Virus record (IMG/VR): IMGVR_UViG_3300027759_000046
Coordinates: 62,001-126,000 of that record
Reading direction: 5' to 3' (one strand)
Length of the DNA: 64,000 nucleotides
The translations under genes were made by a program, and so were the position numbers. Positions 58,411 to 64,000 of this stretch are shown one piece after another. Numbering within the stretch: position 1 is the first letter of the stretch; the number at the start of each line of letters is the position of its first letter. The notes under the pieces were generated by a model, which did not search any database, was not told where the DNA came from, and saw only the letters and a program-made list of their open reading frames with translations.

Positions 58411-59612
58411 TAATCGTTGGATTTTCCCAATTTTCGCTTTACTGCTTCTCTTGTTTTTTCCATCTTTGCCGCGTAACTAGGATTTTTCTTTTTATTGAAT
58501 GCAATTTGCTGATTTAGTGAACCTGATATTTTTTGCAGGTTCTTGCCTCTAGTCTTAATTAACCAATCAGCTAGCGCATTTACTCCAAGTTCTTTGAATT
58601 TACCGTTTGCGTCCGGTGCATTAGAATCGTGCCATTCAAGGCGTTTCTTTTCAGATACTGTTGCATTGTCAGCGATTGCTGCATCTATCATTTGTTCAAG
58701 TTGAGCATCTGTGAAACCTAGCTTTAACATCGGCTCCCTAAAAGAGTACCGTAATTTGCTAGTAAGTCTCTGCTTAATTTGCTCTGGAGTAGTTGCGTAA
58801 TATCGAGTGTCTCTGTGGTTTACGAAAACTTGACATACGGCCTTAACTCGACGAACCATCTTCATTGGCTCTTTAATTAACTGTGCCATTCTTGAAGCTT
58901 TACCCTCATCGAATCCATAGCTATTAAATAGACCAGCGGCTCGCATAATATCCTTTTCTTCAGGTTGAACGTTTTCAACATCAATAAAATTGTTGCTCGC
59001 AAGACCTAGGGCCTTTAGCCGATTATAATTACGTTGCTGATTTTCACGAACTCCTTCCAGACTCTGGAATTTATCTAAGATTGAGTCGATTTGCTCGTCA
59101 TTTTGACCGGTTCTAGCTGAGTGAGCTAGTGCTGATATACCTGCACCCATTTCTCTATATTCTGGACTTAACGTAGCATCCGGATCTTTTCGGCTTATTG
59201 AAATAATATCAATTAGAATGTCCTGTAGGAAATTTACAACTGCATCCGGGTTAACACTAGACATTTCAGAATCAAGATCATCATCACCGTCTAGAATATT
59301 AACGTATTGAGCAACTTGATCCGCGATTTGTCTTAATTCGCCTTGTGTATCTGGCATTTCAGCATTAACCGAAGACCTCTTGATTTTCTTTAGCGCAAAG
59401 ACTGGAACCTTTGCAATAGTTTCACGGCTACCTGTTAATTTAACTCTTGCGAATTCACCATCAATTGATAGTAGTTGGCCAGGACCGCGATACGATTCAA
59501 CCCAATCTCCGGGTTCTAATTCTGGATTGTCCTCGTTCTTTGCGAACTCTGCATCTGGATCCTGTAAGAATTTATCAAGATCAAAATCTTCAAATAATTT
59601 AACGTGTTTCAT
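58410..59612 (-). CDS. Modular putative head cargo protein
   Basis: MKHVKLFEDF; SH3-like segment; RLKALGLA; basic C-terminal module. Confidence 0.55.
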   Translation of the reverse strand: MKHVKLFEDFDLDKFLQDPDAEFAKNEDNPELEPGDWVESYRGPGQLLSIDGEFARVKLTGSRETIAKVPVFALKKIKRSSVNAEMPDTQGELRQIADQVAQYVNILDGDDDLDSEMSSVNPDAVVNFLQDILIDIISISRKDPDATLSPEYREMGAGISALAHSARTGQNDEQIDSILDKFQSLEGVRENQQRNYNRLKALGLASNNFIDVENVQPEEKDIMRAAGLFNSYGFDEGKASRMAQLIKEPMKMVRRVKAVCQVFVNHRDTRYYATTPEQIKQRLTSKLRYSFREPMLKLGFTDAQLEQMIDAAIADNATVSEKKRLEWHDSNAPDANGKFKELGVNALADWLIKTRGKNLQKISGSLNQQIAFNKKKNPSYAAKMEKTREAVKRKLGKSND

Positions 59613-60006
59613 TGTATTTGATAATCAGTTCGCCTAGAACCTCAATTTTTCCAACGATTCTTTGAAAGTCCATCTGTTTTAGTGAAATTGCTTTAGTAGA
59701 GCCGTCAATTGATTTTAGGTGTTCCGATAATTCTTTTTTGGCCTCAGCTAGGTTAAATTTGCCGGCTGCTGCTTTTTGATAGTATGGAAGTTTAACTTTA
59801 AAATGCTGATAGGTTAGGAGAGCATCTCCACCCTTTTCCTTGGCATTCTGTGCAATCTTTGAGGCTCCGCCCAAACGATTCTTAGCGAATTCTTCAAGAG
59901 TCTCAACCTTCTTGGCTTCATGCAGAGCATTGAAATCCATGAATGTCGTGGCAAGCTTGGTCTTCGGTAAAGTTTTTTGGTGTAGTTCCCAGTTTATGAT
60001 TGACAT
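59599..60006 (-). CDS. Putative head protein
   Basis: TTFMDFNALHE; TATAAATA at 60026..60033. Confidence 0.55.
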   Translation of the reverse strand: MSIINWELHQKTLPKTKLATTFMDFNALHEAKKVETLEEFAKNRLGGASKIAQNAKEKGGDALLTYQHFKVKLPYYQKAAAGKFNLAEAKKELSEHLKSIDGSTKAISLKQMDFQRIVGKIEVLGELIIKYNETR

Positions 60007-60024
60007 CAGTCAGAGTATTTTAGG

Positions 60025-61761
60025 TTATTTATATTCAACCTTGACTCTAGACCTGAACTCTGGTGGGAATTGAGTACCTGCGCTCTTAAATAGATCTGCA
60101 AAACACCCATCTATTAAGTAGGTCACAGCCCAATCTTCTGGGGTTCGGATTGACCGACCGACTCCTTGTAGGACCGAAACCGAGGTCTTCCAGTTATACC
60201 ATTGCTGTGAATAGTTTAATTTGGCCGCAACGTACTTGTCACCTAGGTAAGGGTACGGAACCTTTAGAAATATTTGAAATCTTGATAAGTCGTCAACTAG
60301 GTTTAGGCCTTCAAGTAGAGAAGGCCCCATTGCAACTGTGCCACGATTCTTCTTCATCTTCTTCAGCATCTTCTCCTTTTCCTCAGAGCCTTTGTACAGC
60401 AGAACTCTCTTTCTGACATCCTTAGGTAGAGCCTTCCAAATCTTTTGGCCCAACTCATAGGATCCAGTGTGAATGATTCCTGATTCTGTCTTATGCGTGT
60501 TTAGGATCTCAGTTACTCGAGCAACCGCCCAATCCAGATTGTCAGCTAGGAATCGGGTCGACAGTTTCTTGCCAGGATAAAATATGATTGGCGATCTGTC
60601 CCACTTGAAATGACTCTCAATCTTAAAGTATTTTGCATCTTTGATTCCATGATTTCGCATAAAGTCCTGAGTACCTCCCATCGTCGCTGTCATTAGCAAT
60701 TTGAATCCAAATTTATTGAAGAAGTGCTTGTGTAATAAGTAGTACTCATCGATACAATTGAACGTGATTGACGTTTCTCCAGGATTCTTAACCATCTTAT
60801 GGACTCCAGTCTTTTCAATGATATCACTATAGTCTTCTAATTTGCAGTGCACGTCTTTTAACCAGTCAGTCAAGTTAAAGGTTGCTAACCAGTCTTGTGG
60901 AACCGAGTCTTCTCCGAATTCTTTACCTGCAACTTCTCGAATATCAGCAGTCTCTTTAACCAGACCTCCAAGTATTTTAGTGATCTCCTTTAGATGAGCT
61001 AAGATAACGGCTGGTGCCTCTTCTGCATAGACCTCCTCAATGTTCTTCTTAAGACCCATTAGATTTACGTTAGGGATCTTAAGTCCAAGATCGCCAATGT
61101 TCTCAAGAATCTTTTCAACCTTCTTGTGAATTTCATGTGATACGATTGGGCTAAAGTGGCTCTGTACAATATCCAATAGTTTGTGAGCCTCATCACAGAC
61201 AACAAAATCTCTCTGTGGAAAAGGTGAACCTTTACCTTTACCTTGCTGTTGCTGCTCAACGTAATTTCTTTGAATGAGAGCGTAAGGATATGTGAGTAGT
61301 GCAATTGGCGATTTGATCGCCTTTTTACGAGAGGTTAAGTAACCGCATTGCTTAAAACACGGAAGAGCCTCAGCTGATTCGTATGAGACTCCTTTGCTCT
61401 TGCACTCTCCGACTGAAAATCTTTCTCCATTGACTGCACACGTGTAATTGTCAACTCCTTTAATATTACCCCAATTCCAGAGTTGCATGCTACGAAAGTC
61501 CTTGACGTATTGATCGTGTAGAGCCAAGTCAGATGCAAGGATATAGCCACGATTTCCTTTAAAAGCCAAAAAATCCGCAAACAACATTGCGATCACAGAC
61601 TTACCTGAACCAGTCGGGGCGTCCAATAGGAATACTCCATTTGAATCTTCATCGTATGCTTCTATGATTGCAAGGATAGCCTCTTTTTGTTGAGGTCTAA
61701 ACTCGAACATTGGATGCTTACCCTTAACAAACTGTTCAAATTCGGCCTTTAGTTTACTCAT
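60025..61761 (-). CDS. DinG/XPD-family helicase
   Basis: RPQQ, DAPTGSGKS, four-Cys cluster, CDEAH, MTAT, EGLNL, QGVGRSIR. Confidence 0.88.
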   Translation of the reverse strand: MSKLKAEFEQFVKGKHPMFEFRPQQKEAILAIIEAYDEDSNGVFLLDAPTGSGKSVIAMLFADFLAFKGNRGYILASDLALHDQYVKDFRSMQLWNWGNIKGVDNYTCAVNGERFSVGECKSKGVSYESAEALPCFKQCGYLTSRKKAIKSPIALLTYPYALIQRNYVEQQQQGKGKGSPFPQRDFVVCDEAHKLLDIVQSHFSPIVSHEIHKKVEKILENIGDLGLKIPNVNLMGLKKNIEEVYAEEAPAVILAHLKEITKILGGLVKETADIREVAGKEFGEDSVPQDWLATFNLTDWLKDVHCKLEDYSDIIEKTGVHKMVKNPGETSITFNCIDEYYLLHKHFFNKFGFKLLMTATMGGTQDFMRNHGIKDAKYFKIESHFKWDRSPIIFYPGKKLSTRFLADNLDWAVARVTEILNTHKTESGIIHTGSYELGQKIWKALPKDVRKRVLLYKGSEEKEKMLKKMKKNRGTVAMGPSLLEGLNLVDDLSRFQIFLKVPYPYLGDKYVAAKLNYSQQWYNWKTSVSVLQGVGRSIRTPEDWAVTYLIDGCFADLFKSAGTQFPPEFRSRVKVEYK

Positions 61762-61792
61762 GTATTTGTTTGTTTGTTATAGTACTATATTC

Positions 61793-62506
61793 TCACTTCC
61801 AATAGTTTTGGTCTTTATAGAAATAGGATTCGTTGTTGCGGTTTAGCCAGTTTCTAAAGACTAGCTGTACCATTTTAGAATAACCATATCTCTTGAATCG
61901 ACGATTGTCTTGTGTAATTAATTCAGGAACTAATTTGAAGTTCGCAGGCTTAATCTTTCTGCTCAGTAACCAATCTTCGCTTTGATGAGCCCTTTCGTCG
62001 AATCCGCCAAGCTCGTTAAATATAGCTCTTCGCATTAGCATAAATCCGCCAATTGCGAATGGTCTGGTCTTGGACAGGTACCATGTAACAATTTCATTTA
62101 GTAAAAATATTAGCACAGCGCGAATGTCTAGCTCACCTTTATACTTTGGATAAGTACCAAGCATTGCGTAATTGCCAGTATACAAAGAGGCAATTGACTC
62201 TCTAATAACATCTCGGTGAGTGAATGTGACATCTGCATCCAAGAATAATAAGTATGGAGTATCTGCTAACTTCGCACCAGCATTTCGACCGACAGCTGGC
62301 AAGCCACCTTTAATTACTTCAACGTTAAGGTCCAGCTGTTCTGATAACTCTTTAATTATGTTGAGAGTTGAATCAGTAGATCCAGCGTCTGCGATAATTA
62401 CTCTAACTCCGTCTATTCCATTTTGTCGTTTAATATGTCTAAGAGTTCGGCCAATATAGGCTTCCTCATTGAGGCATGGAATTACAATAGTTAAAGATTC
62501 TTTCAT
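61793..62506 (-). CDS. GT2 family glycosyltransferase
   Basis: IVIPCLNEE, DAGSTD, GRNAGA, FLDAD, GGFDE..SED. Confidence 0.9.
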   Translation of the reverse strand: MKESLTIVIPCLNEEAYIGRTLRHIKRQNGIDGVRVIIADAGSTDSTLNIIKELSEQLDLNVEVIKGGLPAVGRNAGAKLADTPYLLFLDADVTFTHRDVIRESIASLYTGNYAMLGTYPKYKGELDIRAVLIFLLNEIVTWYLSKTRPFAIGGFMLMRRAIFNELGGFDERAHQSEDWLLSRKIKPANFKLVPELITQDNRRFKRYGYSKMVQLVFRNWLNRNNESYFYKDQNYWK

Positions 62507-63219
62507 TACTTAATTAAAGTTAATTTTTGAGAGCTTAGATCAAAGCCAGTAGTCTCGTACACCACGTACGAAGTATTTTCAATCCAATCGCCAGTATTTA
62601 AGTATCGGACACCGTCCACTTCCTTATCAGCTGGCGTATGAATGTGACCGCAGACAACAGTATGACAATTTCTTTTCTTTGCCTGTCGAACCATTTCATT
62701 TTCAAAATCAGTTACGAAAGAGATCGCAGCCTTCACATTATCCTTTAGGTATTTCGATAAGCTTGTTTTCTTGTTGAACTTCTTTAGGAATCGGTCAATC
62801 ACAATTGCCATATCATAACCAACTGATCCCAGGACTCCAAGCCAATGCATCTTTACAATACCGTCGTACTTATCTCCGTGGCAAAACCAAATACCTGCCT
62901 CAGTGAATTCATCGACAACTCTAATTCCGCCAATCTCAACTGGCAAATATTCTCTAAGAAACTCATCATGATTTCCAGCAATCCAGATAACCTCGTGTTT
63001 CTTTGAAACTTTCAATAACTTTCGGATAAGTCGAGTATGTTCAACTGAGAATTTCTTGTATTTCTTAAAGAGCCAGCCGTCAATGATATCGCCGACCAAG
63101 ATCAAGCGATCGAATTCAGTATTCTTAAGTAGTTCAATTACCCCTTCAGTATTGCAGCCCTTTGAGCCAATATGAACGTCTGATATTACTAGAGTTTTCA
63201 TAATTAATCTTTTTCCCAT
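62506..63219 (-). CDS. Metallophosphoesterase, UDP-2,3-diacylglucosamine hydrolase (LpxH)-like
   Basis: SDVHIG, GDIIDGW, GNHD, HGD, CGHIH, NTGDW. Confidence 0.85.
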   Translation of the reverse strand: MGKRLIMKTLVISDVHIGSKGCNTEGVIELLKNTEFDRLILVGDIIDGWLFKKYKKFSVEHTRLIRKLLKVSKKHEVIWIAGNHDEFLREYLPVEIGGIRVVDEFTEAGIWFCHGDKYDGIVKMHWLGVLGSVGYDMAIVIDRFLKKFNKKTSLSKYLKDNVKAAISFVTDFENEMVRQAKKRNCHTVVCGHIHTPADKEVDGVRYLNTGDWIENTSYVVYETTGFDLSSQKLTLIK

Positions 63220-63515
63220 CCGTCTACTTCATGATCGTATTCGCAACATGGGAACTGACGGCCCTGTTCGTCGACGTGAGTCCATACTTTGCCATCTTCA
63301 ATCCATACCCAAGGTTCATCCGCTTTTCCTGGAAGTTCAGGTCTTTCTAACGGCGGATGATACGCATTTACATCAGTGTGTCTGTGATTACAGTCGCATC
63401 CTCTTGGAACGCAATCATCGCACGAGTAAGAGTTCTCTTTACTCGAGTATCCGGGCATGTATACCCATGTTGCGATCTTGCCGCAATCACATAATTCTTT
63501 ACCAGCTATCAACAT
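63204..63515 (-). CDS. Cys-rich hypothetical protein
   Basis: CDCG..CDDC..CDCNH..PCCEY. Confidence 0.6.
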   Translation of the reverse strand: MLIAGKELCDCGKIATWVYMPGYSSKENSYSCDDCVPRGCDCNHRHTDVNAYHPPLERPELPGKADEPWVWIEDGKVWTHVDEQGRQFPCCEYDHEVDGWEKD

Positions 63516-63702
63516 CAGTTAAATCTATTTCAGTTCGGGTTAAATGACTAAAGACGCGTAATTCACTACCAATTCCGTTTGGTGTACATTTCCAAGTAAG
63601 CAGCCCAACCTCACCGTATATAGCCTTAATATGAGAAAGCCATTTATCAAACTTCTTCTGCTGTTTGTCATCTAGTTCTATTGTTATTTGTTTATTCGCC
63701 AT
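63499..63702 (-). CDS. Small hypothetical protein
   Basis: Intact coupled ORF; TPNGIG..IDLTDVDSW. Confidence 0.6.
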   Translation of the reverse strand: MANKQITIELDDKQQKKFDKWLSHIKAIYGEVGLLTWKCTPNGIGSELRVFSHLTRTEIDLTDVDSW

Positions 63703-63719
63703 TTGATCTAATTAAAAAT

Positions 63720-63794
63720 TGAAGAGGGAGGAATCCAACCCACAGTCACGGCCGTTAAGGCTTGCTCTCATTAATGTCACTGAGCTACTCTTCC
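63720..63794 (-). pseudogene. Degenerate tRNA-like element
   Basis: GGAAGAG-TA-GCTC D arm and acceptor match; T loop TTGGATT; disrupted anticodon arm. Confidence 0.55.
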
Positions 63795-63798
63795 TTTG

Positions 63799-63876
63799 TA
63801 CCCTCTGAGAGACTCGAACTCTCACCCTAAGACTAGATCCTAAGTCTAGCGCGTCTACCAATTCCGCCAAGAGGGC
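63799..63876 (-). tRNA. tRNA-Leu(TAG)
   Basis: Anticodon arm CTAGA-CT TAG GA-TCTAG; canonical T arm. Confidence 0.93.
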
Positions 63877-64000
63877 AAATTGTGGATGATTCAGTCTAAC
63901 TGTACCTTGTTGGCTATCCACCTAGCCCATTTCTTATCTGATCTTCTTCAGCATCACTTTGATGTTTGAACCTGGCTGATAGTGATCGCCAATTATTTGC

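Noticed and set aside
63712-63921. 69-aa minus-strand ORF
   Set aside because: Reads through tRNA-Leu and the tRNA-like element
63880-63930. Possible further tRNA remnant (GGCTA/TAGCC and CAGT/ACTG hairpins)
   Set aside because: No T-arm consensus or full cloverleaf
1-64000. CRISPR array, DGR template/variable repeat, reverse transcriptase, integrase or transposase
   Set aside because: No regularly spaced repeats, A-mismatched repeat pairs or enzyme motifs seen by eye; short or weak repeats could have been missed
1-64000. Stop-codon reassignment, as in some jumbo phages
   Set aside because: Core genes are full length in the standard code; TAA, TAG and TGA all end genes; no suppressor tRNA seen

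Overview
A 64 kb segment of a large T4-related (myovirus-like) dsDNA phage, standard genetic code, mostly minus-strand. The host is probably Bacteroidota: there are no Shine-Dalgarno motifs, and signal peptides end in a Gln at +1. Core genes are a gp23-like major capsid, a gp21 protease fused to a scaffold, gp20 portal, gp2, gp4, gp13, gp25, a baseplate hub cluster, UvsY/UvsW, a C-terminal half of a family-B DNA polymerase, primase and a DinG-like helicase. Accessory genes include DnaJ, an N-truncated ClpC, several glycosylation or sugar-nucleotide islands (including split HldE), RNA-repair-like enzymes, six intact tRNAs and one degenerate tRNA. Most striking is a 5-tRNA operon (Cys, His, Leu-UAA, Arg-UCU, Arg-ACG) preceded by an unannotated 23-codon leader ORF packed with exactly those codons, plus an intrinsic terminator and a competing antiterminator. 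This looks like a ribosome-mediated attenuator that senses shortage of the very tRNAs it controls. Also notable: a T4 CTS-like motif (F/Y-x-x-F/Y/W-x-x-E) marks many putative head-cargo proteins and is repeated 11 times in the scaffold; five proteins share an RLxxLGLA motif; and one gene is bracketed by complementary 5' and 3' UTR elements. All protein calls come from motif recognition by eye, not database searches.
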